Assembly (NCBI GenBank): GCA_964229335.1
Contig: CAXRCZ010000004.1
Coordinates: 96,001 to 160,000 of the forward strand
Direction: 5' to 3'
DNA: 64,000 nt
Source: Minisyncoccia bacterium
GTDB taxonomy: Bacteria; Patescibacteriota; Minisyncoccia; Phycocordibacterales; UBA918
Shown: positions 17,824 to 28,142 of the stretch, piece after piece
Position numbering within the stretch: the first letter of the stretch is position 1
How the letters are laid out: each line of letters starts with the position of its first letter
Notes under the pieces: generated by a model
The model's database searches: none
What the model was told of the DNA's origin: nothing
What the model saw: the letters and a program-made list of their open reading frames with translations, nothing else
Program-made: the position numbers and the translations under genes

Positions 17824-18366
17824 ATGGAGATAGATATAGATAAGAAACTAAAAGAAACAGAACAGTGGTTGCAACAGGAATACGCTGGAATTAGAACCGG
17901 CCAAGCCAGCCCACTTTTGCTAGATAAAATCAAAGTAGAAAGTTACGGAGCAAGAGTGCCCTTGCAACAAATTGGAACCATCGGGGTAGAAGATGCTCGC
18001 ACCTTGCGCGTAAGTATTTGGGATGCATCGACTGTGGGAGCAGCTGAAGAAGCTATTCGAGAAGCTGATCTTGGGGTGTCTGTGTCTTCAGATTCGACTG
18101 GCTTGCGGGTTATTTTTCCTGAGTTAACAGCTGAACGACGTGAGCAACTATTAAAGTTGGCTAAAAGTAAGCTAGAAGAAGCTCGAATCGGAGTTCGCTC
18201 TTCAAGGGATGAGGCTATGAAATCATTTGAAAAGGCAGAAAAGGATGGTGATATTAGTGAAGATGAAAAATACGCTCAAAAAGAATCCGTACAAGAAAAA
18301 GTAGATGCCGCCAATAAGCGGTTAGAGAGTTTGTACACGCAAAAGGAAACAGAACTCAAGAAGTAA
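17824..18366 (+). CDS. frr: Ribosome recycling factor
   Basis: IRTGQASP.LLD.IKVESYG, FPELTAERR, ISEDE. Confidence 0.96.
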   Translation: MEIDIDKKLKETEQWLQQEYAGIRTGQASPLLLDKIKVESYGARVPLQQIGTIGVEDARTLRVSIWDASTVGAAEEAIREADLGVSVSSDSTGLRVIFPELTAERREQLLKLAKSKLEEARIGVRSSRDEAMKSFEKAEKDGDISEDEKYAQKESVQEKVDAANKRLESLYTQKETELKK

Positions 18367-18378
18367 TAATCAACTGTC

Positions 18379-19506
18379 ATGTCAATTGTCATTTTTTTCG
18401 TCATACTATTTGTACTGGTTTTAGTGCATGAGTGGGGGCATTTTATCGTAGCCAAAAAAACTGGCATGCGTGTGGACGAGTTTGGTATTGGTTTTTCCCC
18501 TAAACTTTTTTCATACAGAAAAGGGGAGACAGAGTACTCGTTTAATGCACTGCCGATAGGAGGATTTGTACGAATCTATGGAGAGGATGGCGTTCAGTCC
18601 GACTCTGTATCTGGTGAATTAAACCAAAATGAGACTAGTTCTAGCAAAGACGCGAGCCGGGCGTTCTCGGCTCGTCCAAAGTGGGCGCAAGCCTTGGTGC
18701 TTATAGCTGGGGTGACGATGAATGTTTTGCTAGCATGGCTACTGTTCACAATAGTTTTGATAATTGGTGTACCAACCGCCGTTACTGAATCTGCGGCCAC
18801 CGAAGCAGCTAATCTATATGTAGCAGAAGTGTTGCCAGATAGTCCTGCCGAAACAGTGCTACCGGTCGGGGCGATGATTGTCAGTATTTCAGCTAATGGA
18901 GAAACTCTGATTGACCCTACTCCGAGTAGTTTCAGTCAATTCATTCAAGATGAATCACCAGCTGCATTCACCATCGAGTATTCAGCGAATGACAAAACTA
19001 TCAATGAAGTTACTATTACTCCAGAACAAGGACTGTTAGAAGATAGTCAAGAGACGTACGTTGCGGGAGTGTCATTGACTTTAATTGAGACAGTCTCACG
19101 ACCCTGGCACATTGCTATCAGAGATGGTTTGACTTCGACAATGGATGGATTGGTCGCTATCACAGTCGGACTGTATACCTTACTCAGCGATGCTGTTGTC
19201 GGAGAAGGTGACTTTTCCACCGTTGCTGGTCCAGTGGGAATTGTAGGATTGGTTGATGATGCAACAGCCTTTGGAGTCACAGCAGTGTTGTCATTTACAG
19301 CGCTTATTTCATTGAATCTCGCCATTATTAACCTACTACCGTTTCCGGCTCTGGATGGCGGAAGGTTGTTATTTGTATTTATTGAAGCTGTAACTGGGAA
19401 AGATATCCCACCTCAGTGGAGTGGAATTCTTAATACTATTGGATTTATCCTCTTGATGCTCTTGATGATAGCGGTTACCTATAACGATATATTGAGATTA
19501 CTGTAG
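18379..19506 (+). CDS. rseP: RIP metalloprotease RseP (M50, PDZ)
   Basis: HEWGH, PIGGFV, AGVTMN, NLLPFPALDGG. Confidence 0.95.
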   Translation: MSIVIFFVILFVLVLVHEWGHFIVAKKTGMRVDEFGIGFSPKLFSYRKGETEYSFNALPIGGFVRIYGEDGVQSDSVSGELNQNETSSSKDASRAFSARPKWAQALVLIAGVTMNVLLAWLLFTIVLIIGVPTAVTESAATEAANLYVAEVLPDSPAETVLPVGAMIVSISANGETLIDPTPSSFSQFIQDESPAAFTIEYSANDKTINEVTITPEQGLLEDSQETYVAGVSLTLIETVSRPWHIAIRDGLTSTMDGLVAITVGLYTLLSDAVVGEGDFSTVAGPVGIVGLVDDATAFGVTAVLSFTALISLNLAIINLLPFPALDGGRLLFVFIEAVTGKDIPPQWSGILNTIGFILLMLLMIAVTYNDILRLL

Positions 19507-19544
19507 GAGTAGCGGTCAGTAAAAATTACCTGTATAAATAGAAT

Positions 19545-20813
19545 ATGAAGCAAACGCAGACATTCACCAAAACTAGAAAGGAAATCCCTAGCGACGAGCA
19601 GTCAAAAAACGCCCAGCTATTAATTAGGGCAGGTTACGTACACAAAGAAATGGCCGGAGTGTATGCGTATTTACCTTTAGGACTCAAGGTGCTAGAAAAC
19701 ATCAAGCAAGTGGTGCGCGAAGAAATGGATGCAATTGGTGGCCAAGAGCTAATTATGACCACCCTACAAAACAAACAACTGTGGGAACAGAGCGGGAGGT
19801 GGGACGATGATGTTGTCGATGTGTGGTTTAAAACAGAACTCAAAAATGGTGGTGATGTTGGATTGGGCTGGAGTCACGAAGAACCGATTGGAACGATGAT
19901 GAAGAATTATCTCGGTAGCTACAAAGATTTGCCTGTTAGTGTCTATCAATTTCAAACTAAATTTAGAAATGAGCTGCGAGCTAAAAGTGGCATCATGCGC
20001 GGTCGAGAATTTCTCATGAAAGACGCCTACTCTTTTGCTGCTGGAGAAGATGATCATGAGGCAATCTACGAAGCGATGAAGACTGCATATAAAAAAATAT
20101 TTAGTCGCCTAGGATTAGCTGACGACACGTACATCACCCATGCTTCAGGGGGTGCGTTTACTGAGTTTAGTCACGAATTTCAAACGATTTGCGATGCCGG
20201 GGAAGATGTTTGCTACATAGATCGTAAAAACGGCCTGGCTGTCAACGAAGAAGTATTCAATGACGAGACTATCGCAAGCCTTGGTGCCAAGAAAGAGGAT
20301 TTTGAAAAAATTACTACTGCTGAAGTTGGTAACATATTTAATTTTGGAAGAAAAAAAGCTGACGATATCGGCTTAATGTTTAAATCTGAAACTGGCGAGG
20401 AGATGGCAGTTTGGATGGGGTCGTATGGAATTGGTATTACACGACTCATGGGTGTCTTGGCTGAAAAGTTTGCCGACGACAAAGGGTTAGTCTGGCCAGA
20501 AGCAGTGGCACCCTTTAAAATGCACTTAGTTGCTTTAAATTTAGATGACACAGAGGTAAGAGATTATGCTGAAGGTCAATATAATACTCTATGTACCGCT
20601 AATATTGATGTTTTGTATGATGATCGAGTAGATGCTCGAGCCGGTGAAAAATTTGCAGACAGTGATCTTTTGGGTATTCCATATCGAGTCATAATTTCAA
20701 GAAAGACAAAAGAAGAAGGAGTATATGAGGTGGTGAAGCGTAAAACTGGCGAAGTAAAATATATGAACGAAAAGGAACTCCAAGAGTGTTTTACTGGAGA
20801 TATATCTTGGTAG
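19545..20813 (+). CDS. proS: Prolyl-tRNA synthetase (short form, no INS editing domain)
   Basis: QLLIRAGY, FRNELRAKSGIMRGREFLMKDAYSF, MGSYGIGITR. Confidence 0.95.
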   Translation: MKQTQTFTKTRKEIPSDEQSKNAQLLIRAGYVHKEMAGVYAYLPLGLKVLENIKQVVREEMDAIGGQELIMTTLQNKQLWEQSGRWDDDVVDVWFKTELKNGGDVGLGWSHEEPIGTMMKNYLGSYKDLPVSVYQFQTKFRNELRAKSGIMRGREFLMKDAYSFAAGEDDHEAIYEAMKTAYKKIFSRLGLADDTYITHASGGAFTEFSHEFQTICDAGEDVCYIDRKNGLAVNEEVFNDETIASLGAKKEDFEKITTAEVGNIFNFGRKKADDIGLMFKSETGEEMAVWMGSYGIGITRLMGVLAEKFADDKGLVWPEAVAPFKMHLVALNLDDTEVRDYAEGQYNTLCTANIDVLYDDRVDARAGEKFADSDLLGIPYRVIISRKTKEEGVYEVVKRKTGEVKYMNEKELQECFTGDISW

Positions 20814-20854
20814 TTTTTGTTTTTAGCCTCTAGACGTAGTACAATTGCCAGCAA

Positions 20855-21925
20855 ATGAAGTTAATTTCTCGCTACATTAGCGACCTACTTTCGCTTGTAT
20901 CTACTGATATGGCGATTGATTTAGGAACTGCCAATACTTTAGTGTATGTAAAAGGAAAAGGGATTGTTCTTAATGAGCCAACTATCGTCGCCATTAATAA
21001 AAAGACTGGCCAACTAGTGGCTGTCGGTAATGAAGCGAAGGGAATGATGGGACGTACACCGGCCCATATCGATGTTGTTCGACCACTAGTTGATGGAGTC
21101 ATTTCTGACTTTGAAGTGGCTGAAGAAATGCTGGCGTACTTGATTGGAAAAGTAAGAGCTGATATGCGGACATTAGTTGCTCCACGAATGCTTATTGGTG
21201 TACCTTCTGGTATTACCAACGTAGAAATGAGAGCTGCTCATGACGCTGCCAAAAATGCCGGAGCTCGCGACGTATTCTTAATCGAAGAACCTGTGGCAGC
21301 TGCTATTGGGGCCAAGCTTCCGATTCATAAAGCAGCTGGGAGCATGATTATCGATATTGGTGGTGGGACTACTGATATTGCAGTCTTATCATTAAACGGT
21401 ATTGTCACTGCCAAAAACCTTAAAGTGGCTGGTGATCATTTAAATACTGCTATTGCTGGTTACATCAGAGATCAGTTCAAGGTTTACGTCGGAGAAAAAA
21501 CTGCCGAAGAAGCCAAAATAACTCTAACTACTATCGCATCAGGAAAAAATGCCAAAGAACTCGTTGTGCGTGGCCGAGACATGGTAACTGGCTTGCCGCG
21601 CGAAGTTGCTATTACAGACAGTGACGTTCGTGATGCTGTGGCGAGACATATTGATACCATGGTAGAGAATGTCAGAGCATTATTAGAAGAGACACCGCCC
21701 GAAGTGTTGGCTGATATTATGCAAAGGGGAATCTACCTCTCAGGAGGAGGCGCTTTAATTCCTGGTCTCTCAGACTTGTTAGAGCATGCACTACAGGTTC
21801 CTGTTTTGGTTGTGCCGGATCCTCTTCGAGCAGTTATTAGAGGAGCTGGGATTGTTATCGAGGACTTAGAACGCTACGAAGAAATCTTACTTGATCATGA
21901 AAACTCGCTCTCGACACAATTCTAA
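20855..21925 (+). CDS. mreB: Rod shape-determining protein MreB (paralog 2, in mre operon)
   Basis: IDLGTANT, DIGGGTTD, LSGGGAL. Confidence 0.95.
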   Translation: MKLISRYISDLLSLVSTDMAIDLGTANTLVYVKGKGIVLNEPTIVAINKKTGQLVAVGNEAKGMMGRTPAHIDVVRPLVDGVISDFEVAEEMLAYLIGKVRADMRTLVAPRMLIGVPSGITNVEMRAAHDAAKNAGARDVFLIEEPVAAAIGAKLPIHKAAGSMIIDIGGGTTDIAVLSLNGIVTAKNLKVAGDHLNTAIAGYIRDQFKVYVGEKTAEEAKITLTTIASGKNAKELVVRGRDMVTGLPREVAITDSDVRDAVARHIDTMVENVRALLEETPPEVLADIMQRGIYLSGGGALIPGLSDLLEHALQVPVLVVPDPLRAVIRGAGIVIEDLERYEEILLDHENSLSTQF

Positions 21926-22844
21926 ACTACAGCGCAACATTCGCTTGCTACTACTAGCTAGAGTCTTGCTGATTCTGTGCCTATTGTTGCCGCGAATTGC
22001 GACCGGAATTAGTCAAGTCGTATTTTATCCTGTACACGTCGTAGATACTTGGTTGCGAGAATCACCATCTAGTATTCCAAGCTATTTTAGAAATCGCTCC
22101 GAATTACTTGATAAAGTAGAATCACTTGAAAATGAACTAGCCGTAGCCAAGAGTTCAAATTTGACTCAACAAAGATTGTATGAAGAAAACACATGGCTAA
22201 GAAGTCTGCTAGGCGCCAGTATTGAAGATCGCATCGCCGCTGCAGTTATTGCTAGACCCAATCGGTTGCCATATGACTTGCTACAAATTGATCAAGGAAG
22301 AAATGATGGAGTGCAAGTAGGAGCTCCAGTATATCTTGGTGTCGATACTGTAATTGGTAGTGTCGTTCAAGCCGCTCCCGAATACGCATTTGTGCAATTG
22401 TTTACAAGCCCTGGATTTGAGGTAACAGCATTTATTAGTGGTGCCAATGTAGTCGCTCCGGTTGAGGGACTGGGCGGGGGAGTGGCGCGAGTTAGAGTGC
22501 CGCAAGGAATACCAATTTCGGTTGATAACGTAGTGCATGTTCCGACCATTGAACCAGGTGCCTTTGGCCGCATTTCTTTCGTAGAAAATCGACCGTCGCA
22601 GCCAGAGCAATACGGATACATAACCATGGAAGAGTCAATAAACTCCATTCACTATGTGGCAGTGGGTAAGACACCTATTACACCAGCTAATCCTGAGGCA
22701 GTTGAAACAACTATTCAAGACCTGTTGCGAGCTAGTCTAAAACTTGATGCTGAAACTATAGAGCAGCTCAATGCCACTATTACTAGTAGTTCAACAGCAA
22801 CTACCACAGACAGCACAGCAACTACCACTTCAGCTGAATTATGA
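21897..22844 (+). CDS. mreC: Rod shape-determining protein MreC
   Basis: TM, coiled coil ENTWLRSLLG, IDQG..DGV..G.PV; follows mreB. Confidence 0.85.
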   Translation: MKTRSRHNSKLQRNIRLLLLARVLLILCLLLPRIATGISQVVFYPVHVVDTWLRESPSSIPSYFRNRSELLDKVESLENELAVAKSSNLTQQRLYEENTWLRSLLGASIEDRIAAAVIARPNRLPYDLLQIDQGRNDGVQVGAPVYLGVDTVIGSVVQAAPEYAFVQLFTSPGFEVTAFISGANVVAPVEGLGGGVARVRVPQGIPISVDNVVHVPTIEPGAFGRISFVENRPSQPEQYGYITMEESINSIHYVAVGKTPITPANPEAVETTIQDLLRASLKLDAETIEQLNATITSSSTATTTDSTATTTSAEL

Positions 22845-23092
22845 AATCCTATCTAGTCAATGTAATACTCTACGTTGTCACGCTTCTGGCGGTTTTGTTA
22901 AATCTTCTATTAATTGCGATACCAGCAGCTCTTATTTTTACTTACCGCTCAAATGCAGTTTGGTTTATTCCGGCAGCGCTGTTGATTGACGGCTATTTTG
23001 GTATGTTTTATACCGTACCTTGGCTCAATATTATTGCAATTACTTGGTTTGCTGTTGCTGAATTGCTCCGACCTTATGTCTTGGTACAATAG
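22841..23092 (+). CDS. Small membrane protein, MreD-like by position
   Basis: 83-aa hydrophobic ORF between mreC and pbp2. Confidence 0.5.
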   Translation: MKSYLVNVILYVVTLLAVLLNLLLIAIPAALIFTYRSNAVWFIPAALLIDGYFGMFYTVPWLNIIAITWFAVAELLRPYVLVQ

Positions 23093-23095
23093 GGT

Positions 23096-24799
23096 ATGCG
23101 TAATCGACTGAAAGATCGTTATCAAGGAGAAGTTGATGTCGAAGAGGTGTTACTTGATGCCTCGAATATACCGTCGTTCAACCAAGGTCGCTTAGAAGGT
23201 AGGCGTGAGCTACCTATTACGAAGCGTAGCGTTAGCACTGTGGGCATTTTCTTTACCCTTATCAGTTTGATTTACTTTTACCAAATCTTCACCCTACAGG
23301 TGGTAAACGGGGCAGAATATAAAGCGATTGCAGATAATAACAGAGTAGATAAAGCGGTTGTAATAGCTGAGCGTGGAGTGGTGTACGACCGTAATGGAGA
23401 AATGGTCGCTTGGAACGAGACTGATGAAACAGGTGAATACGATTTTCCTATTAGGGCCTATACCGACAGACTAGGCTTAGGTCAAGTTTTGGGATACGTA
23501 AGTTATCCAAAAAAAGACAGTAGCGGTTTCTTTTTCCGCACTGATTATCTTGGCCGATCAGGAGTCGAGTTATCTTATGACCATGTTCTCAAGGGTCACA
23601 ATGGTAGCAAAATTATTGAAGTAAACGCGCTTGATGCACCAGTTAGTGAATACGAAATTGACCCCGCGGTGGTCGGCAATGATTTACATTTATCGATTGA
23701 TGCGGGGCTTTCTCAGGCTATGTACGATATTATCGCTACTTCTAGTGAACAAGCTGGCTTCCGGAGTGGTGCGGCTGCAATCATGAATGTTAATACTGGT
23801 GAAATCTTGGCTTTAACTAGTTTTCCCACCTACGATCCAGAGGTAATGGCTGATGGTGATGACGTTGATTTAATCAATCAGTACACCAGTGATGAAAGAT
23901 TGCCTTTTTTGAATAAAATAGTCGGCGGTGCTTACACCCCTGGATCAATCGTAAAGCCATTTGTAGCTTATAAAGCATTAGAAGAAAATATTATTGATCC
24001 AAATAAAGTAATCACTAGCACCGGTTCATTGGTGGTACCAAATCCTTATAATCCAAGCCATCCCACGTACTTCAACGACTGGCGGGCTCATGGTGCTATG
24101 ACCATGCGAGAAGCTATCGCTTTCTCTTCGAATGTGTATTTCTACATCATTGGCGGCGGCTTTGATGATCAAAAAGGGCTTGGTATTACTAAGCTGGCTG
24201 AAGGCTACAAGCGGTTTGGAATTGGAGAAAAGACTGGCATAAATTTAGGCCAAGAGCAGTCTGGAGTGGTGCCAGATCCAGCTTGGAAAAAAGAGACGTT
24301 TGATGATGACTGGCGGCTCGGAGACACGTATTACACTGCAATTGGGCAGTTTGGATTTTTAACCACCCCAATTCAAATGCTTCGAGCGTACGCAGCACTA
24401 GCGAATGGAGGTACATTATTAACGCCTCATATCGAAAAAGACAAAGTAAGTACAGGCGAAAACATTAATCTCAATCAGCAGTACCTAAAGATAGTTCATG
24501 AAGGGATGCGCAAAACAGTAAATATGGACGGGGGAACAGCCAGGTCGCTTGAAAGAAGTGATGTTGCTGTGGCAGCAAAATCCGGTACTGCAGAAGTCGG
24601 TGCTAATAATGCGTATGTCAATTCGTGGGCAGCTGGTTTTTGGCCGTATGAGGAGCCAGAGTATGCGTTTATTCTAATGATGGACCATGCTCCTCGTAGT
24701 AATGCGTTGGGAGCGACTCGTATTATGGGGGATATTGTGGAGTGGATGTCAGTTAATAGACCGCAGTATCTCGGTATAGAAGAAACAAAAATTGAATAA
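23096..24799 (+). CDS. mrdA: Penicillin-binding protein 2
   Basis: RGVVYDRNG, PGSIVK (SxxK), SSN, KSGTAE. Confidence 0.9.
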   Translation: MRNRLKDRYQGEVDVEEVLLDASNIPSFNQGRLEGRRELPITKRSVSTVGIFFTLISLIYFYQIFTLQVVNGAEYKAIADNNRVDKAVVIAERGVVYDRNGEMVAWNETDETGEYDFPIRAYTDRLGLGQVLGYVSYPKKDSSGFFFRTDYLGRSGVELSYDHVLKGHNGSKIIEVNALDAPVSEYEIDPAVVGNDLHLSIDAGLSQAMYDIIATSSEQAGFRSGAAAIMNVNTGEILALTSFPTYDPEVMADGDDVDLINQYTSDERLPFLNKIVGGAYTPGSIVKPFVAYKALEENIIDPNKVITSTGSLVVPNPYNPSHPTYFNDWRAHGAMTMREAIAFSSNVYFYIIGGGFDDQKGLGITKLAEGYKRFGIGEKTGINLGQEQSGVVPDPAWKKETFDDDWRLGDTYYTAIGQFGFLTTPIQMLRAYAALANGGTLLTPHIEKDKVSTGENINLNQQYLKIVHEGMRKTVNMDGGTARSLERSDVAVAAKSGTAEVGANNAYVNSWAAGFWPYEEPEYAFILMMDHAPRSNALGATRIMGDIVEWMSVNRPQYLGIEETKIE

Positions 24800-24870
24800 C
24801 GCTTCCATAGTCTCACCTGTGGATTTGACCCAGCACGTCAGGTGCGTATAATTGAAGAAAATTTTGCAAT

Positions 24871-25341
24871 ATGAATGAAACACAAGCGTACCTTACTCCC
24901 GAAAAGTTTGAAGAACTTAAAAAGGAATTAGAACATTTAAAAACTGTTCGTCGAAAAGAAGTAGCCGAATCTCTCGAATACGCCCGTAGCCTCGGTGACC
25001 TTTCAGAGAACGCTGAATATCAAGAGGCTAGAGATATGCAAGCAGCAATTGAAGAACGAATTAGCTATCTAGAGAAAACCATCAAAGAAGCTAAAATTGT
25101 CGCTCACGAAAAGCATGGTGACATTGTCGGACTTGGATCTGTAGTAACTATCCAAAAGGAAAAAGAAAAAGACAAGCGGGAATACACCATCGTTGGTTCA
25201 GATGAAGCTAATATTCACGAGCACAAGCTCTCGTACCTCTCTCCACTAGGCGAAGCTTTGATGGGAACCAAGAAAGGTGATGAATTTGAGTTTGAAACTC
25301 CGGTCGGCAAACAGCGCTACAAAGTCTTGAAGGTCGCATAG
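24871..25341 (+). CDS. greA: Transcription elongation factor GreA
   Basis: GDLSENAEY, SPLGEAL.G. Confidence 0.97.
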   Translation: MNETQAYLTPEKFEELKKELEHLKTVRRKEVAESLEYARSLGDLSENAEYQEARDMQAAIEERISYLEKTIKEAKIVAHEKHGDIVGLGSVVTIQKEKEKDKREYTIVGSDEANIHEHKLSYLSPLGEALMGTKKGDEFEFETPVGKQRYKVLKVA

Positions 25342-25359
25342 TGCACCTTAAGTGACTAA

Positions 25360-25402
25360 AAAAAGAAAAGGCCGGAAGCTTTGCTTCCGGCCTTTTCTTT
25401 TT
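25360..25402. terminator. Bidirectional-type intrinsic terminator
   Basis: aaaaagaaaaggccggaagc-ttt-gcttccggccttttcttttt. Confidence 0.9.
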
Positions 25403-25429
25403 ATGAAACTCACGCTAGGATAAGAATCT

Positions 25430-27013
25430 ATGTTTTGGGCTGATAAAATTGCCGACGAGGTAGAACGACGATATAAATCCGTGATTGATGCTGGTGAAGC
25501 TTTGGTCATTAGAGACGAAAAAACCGCCTCTGGACGAGTACACGTTGGTTCTCTTCGCAGCGCCTCGCTTCACGCCATCGTAGCTGATGTGCTACGAAGT
25601 CGTGGTCACCAAGTAAAGTTTTACTTTGAGATAAACGACTTTGATGCCATGGATGGCATACCTAGCTATCTAAATGAAGAAGAATACGAGCAGTATATGG
25701 GGGTACCGCTATGTAACATTCCTTCGCCTGAGCCAGGTTACAAAAATTTTGCTGAGCTATACGGTCAAGAATATGTTAAAGTCCTCGACGATTTAGGATT
25801 TAAAGCGGAGATTTATCGTGCTAGTGATTTATACCGAAGTGGGGCAATGAACGAACAGATTCGACAAGCACTTGATAAAAGAGAACTAGTACGCGAGATT
25901 TACCAAAGAGTATCCAAAAGTGAAAAGCAAACTAATTGGTACCCACTCAATGTGGTGTGTGAAAACTGCGGCAATCTCAGTGCTACCACTATTACTGACT
26001 GGGATGGTGAGACAGTCGCGTACACTTGTTCATCCGACACAATTACCTGGGCTTCAGGATGTAATCATAGCGGTAGAATTTCACCATTTGATGGTAATGC
26101 AAAGTTTCCGTGGAAACTAGATTGGCCAGCAAAATTTGTTGCCAAAGGAGTACACTTTGAAGGTGGAGGGAAAGACCATTACTCCAAAGGTGGTGCACGG
26201 CAGGTAGCAGATGCTATCGCACGTGAGATTTTTAATCATGAGCCACCATATGGAGTATTTAATGAGTTTTTCCTAGTGGGTGGCAAAAAGATGTCTTCTT
26301 CAAAAGGCTCCGGAGCTACCGCAGCAGCGATGGCGAATCTGCTCCCACCACATATTTTGCGACTACTCTTACTCAAGACTCCTATCAACCGGCAAATTGA
26401 TTTTGATCCGGATGGAGATGCGATACCAGTACTGTTTGATACCTATGATCGATTGGCCGAAAAGTACTGGAGTGGGGTAGAGGACGATGATACGCAACTG
26501 TTTACATTTGCTCACTTACCGGTACAGAGAAATCCTATTGCAGAGCGATTTTTACCACGCTTCTCTCAAGTAGTATTTCTGGTTCAAATGCCACACATGA
26601 ATCTTTATGAAGAAGTAGCGGCCATGAAAGGTTCGGAACTAACAGACGCTGACAAGCAGGAAATAGATGAGCGAGCACAGTATGCCAAGTTATGGCTTGA
26701 TAACTATGCTGATGAGAAGTTTATATTCTCATTACAAAACCAATTACCAGCTATCACAAAAGAGTTGTCAGATAATGAAGTAAAAGCGATGGTATTATTG
26801 GCAGATAAATTGGAATCAGTTGAAGTGACCGACGGCCAGACGTATCACGAAACTATCCACGCAGTGAGGGAAGAAGCTAATATGACTCCGAAAGAATTTT
26901 TCGGTACGGTGTACCAACTATTCCTCGATAAAGACAGCGGCCCTAAAGTAGGTTGGTTCCTCAGTTCTCTGGACAAAGACTTCATTATCGACCGTTTAAG
27001 ACTTAAAAAATAA
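25430..27013 (+). CDS. lysS: Class I lysyl-tRNA synthetase
   Basis: MFWADKIA, TASGRVHVGS (HIGH-like), KMSSSKG, GPKVGWF. Confidence 0.93.
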   Translation: MFWADKIADEVERRYKSVIDAGEALVIRDEKTASGRVHVGSLRSASLHAIVADVLRSRGHQVKFYFEINDFDAMDGIPSYLNEEEYEQYMGVPLCNIPSPEPGYKNFAELYGQEYVKVLDDLGFKAEIYRASDLYRSGAMNEQIRQALDKRELVREIYQRVSKSEKQTNWYPLNVVCENCGNLSATTITDWDGETVAYTCSSDTITWASGCNHSGRISPFDGNAKFPWKLDWPAKFVAKGVHFEGGGKDHYSKGGARQVADAIAREIFNHEPPYGVFNEFFLVGGKKMSSSKGSGATAAAMANLLPPHILRLLLLKTPINRQIDFDPDGDAIPVLFDTYDRLAEKYWSGVEDDDTQLFTFAHLPVQRNPIAERFLPRFSQVVFLVQMPHMNLYEEVAAMKGSELTDADKQEIDERAQYAKLWLDNYADEKFIFSLQNQLPAITKELSDNEVKAMVLLADKLESVEVTDGQTYHETIHAVREEANMTPKEFFGTVYQLFLDKDSGPKVGWFLSSLDKDFIIDRLRLKK

Positions 27014-27026
27014 ATTTAATATAAGA

Positions 27027-27058
27027 ATGCCGCACGCCCTAGCTAGGGCGTGCGGCGT
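27027..27058. terminator. Hairpin terminator between convergent genes
   Basis: gccgcacgcccta-gc-tagggcgtgcggc. Confidence 0.8.
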
Positions 27059-27070
27059 GTTTGCATCCGG

Positions 27071-27469
27071 TTATCTGTATTGTGCTTCGACCGACTCATG
27101 TCCAATAAAATAATCGATTTCACCAATCGAGAACGGATTTGCCAGATCAGTCACGACAGTCTGTCCGATAAACGGAGTAATCAATCGTATGTCATGTACC
27201 TTCACCACCGAGCCATTCTTCAGCTTGGCCAAGATTCCACAGAGCCATGTCTGATCATTGTCTTCTTTGATAGGAACGTAGTGTTCCTTGTAGGTGAAAG
27301 CACTTACATCATCGAGTGGTAGCACCAACCTTACCTTATCTGGTACTGTGATGACTACACATCGAGCTGGGTCGTGGAGGTGAAAAATCTCAGTTAATAC
27401 ACCATGCACGGTCATCCCATCTTCGGTTCTGTATGCCACCATAGATGGAACAGGTAGCGAATTTGTCAT
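27071..27469 (-). CDS. Hypothetical protein
   Basis: ORF with GGAG SD upstream; converges on the lysS terminator. Confidence 0.55.
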   Translation of the reverse strand: MTNSLPVPSMVAYRTEDGMTVHGVLTEIFHLHDPARCVVITVPDKVRLVLPLDDVSAFTYKEHYVPIKEDNDQTWLCGILAKLKNGSVVKVHDIRLITPFIGQTVVTDLANPFSIGEIDYFIGHESVEAQYR

Positions 27470-27570
27470 TTCAACTCTCCCTGAGATCTCGCTAGCAGTA
27501 AAATACCATGAATATATTGAAAATCAACCTCAGAAACGAGTGTAGTTTTTGTGCATAACTTATCTATAGA

Positions 27571-27620
27571 GTGGGGTAGAGTGGTATATACTGTAATGGT
27601 GGTGGGAGATAGTGGTATGG
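27571..27620 (+). promoter_or_regulatory. Putative MraZ operator (GTGG repeats, 10-nt period)
   Basis: GTGG at 27571/27581 and 27602/27612 upstream of mraZ; MraZ is known to bind such direct repeats. Confidence 0.75.
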
Positions 27621-27672
27621 TAAAGTAATACCGTACTAGGGCGATTTTGTATATCGCTCTGAACTAACGAGT

Positions 27673-28107
27673 ATGTTAATCGGTGAATACAAGCACACAT
27701 TAGATCCAAAAAAGCGCCTTTCGCTGCCAAGCAAGTGGCGTAAGGAGTTGGGCAAGAAGCTTGTTATCACTCGAGGACTCGATAACTGTCTCTTTGTCTA
27801 TCCTAAAAAAGAGTGGGAAAAAATAACCGAAAAAATTGGTCAACTTCCACTTGGCCAAGCTGACACGAGAAGTTTCAATCGATTTTTTCTATCTGGAGCA
27901 GTTGAAGTTGAGATTGACTCAGTTGGACGTATCTTAGTACCTGATTTCTTGAAAAGTTTCGCAACACTGGATACCAAAGTCGTATTGGCTGGCATCCATG
28001 ACCGCATCGAAATCTGGGATGAAAATAAATGGGAAGCATACAAACGTACCATCGAGAACAAAGCAGATGCTTTGGCGGAAAAGCTGGGCGAAGTAGGAGT
28101 TCTTTAG
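27673..28107 (+). CDS. mraZ: Division/cell wall cluster regulator MraZ
   Basis: GEYKHTLDPKKRLSLP, DSVGRILVP, IEIWD. Confidence 0.97.
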   Translation: MLIGEYKHTLDPKKRLSLPSKWRKELGKKLVITRGLDNCLFVYPKKEWEKITEKIGQLPLGQADTRSFNRFFLSGAVEVEIDSVGRILVPDFLKSFATLDTKVVLAGIHDRIEIWDENKWEAYKRTIENKADALAEKLGEVGVL

Positions 28108-28142
28108 AGGGGTACAATCTGCAACTCATTACCTCGTTATCT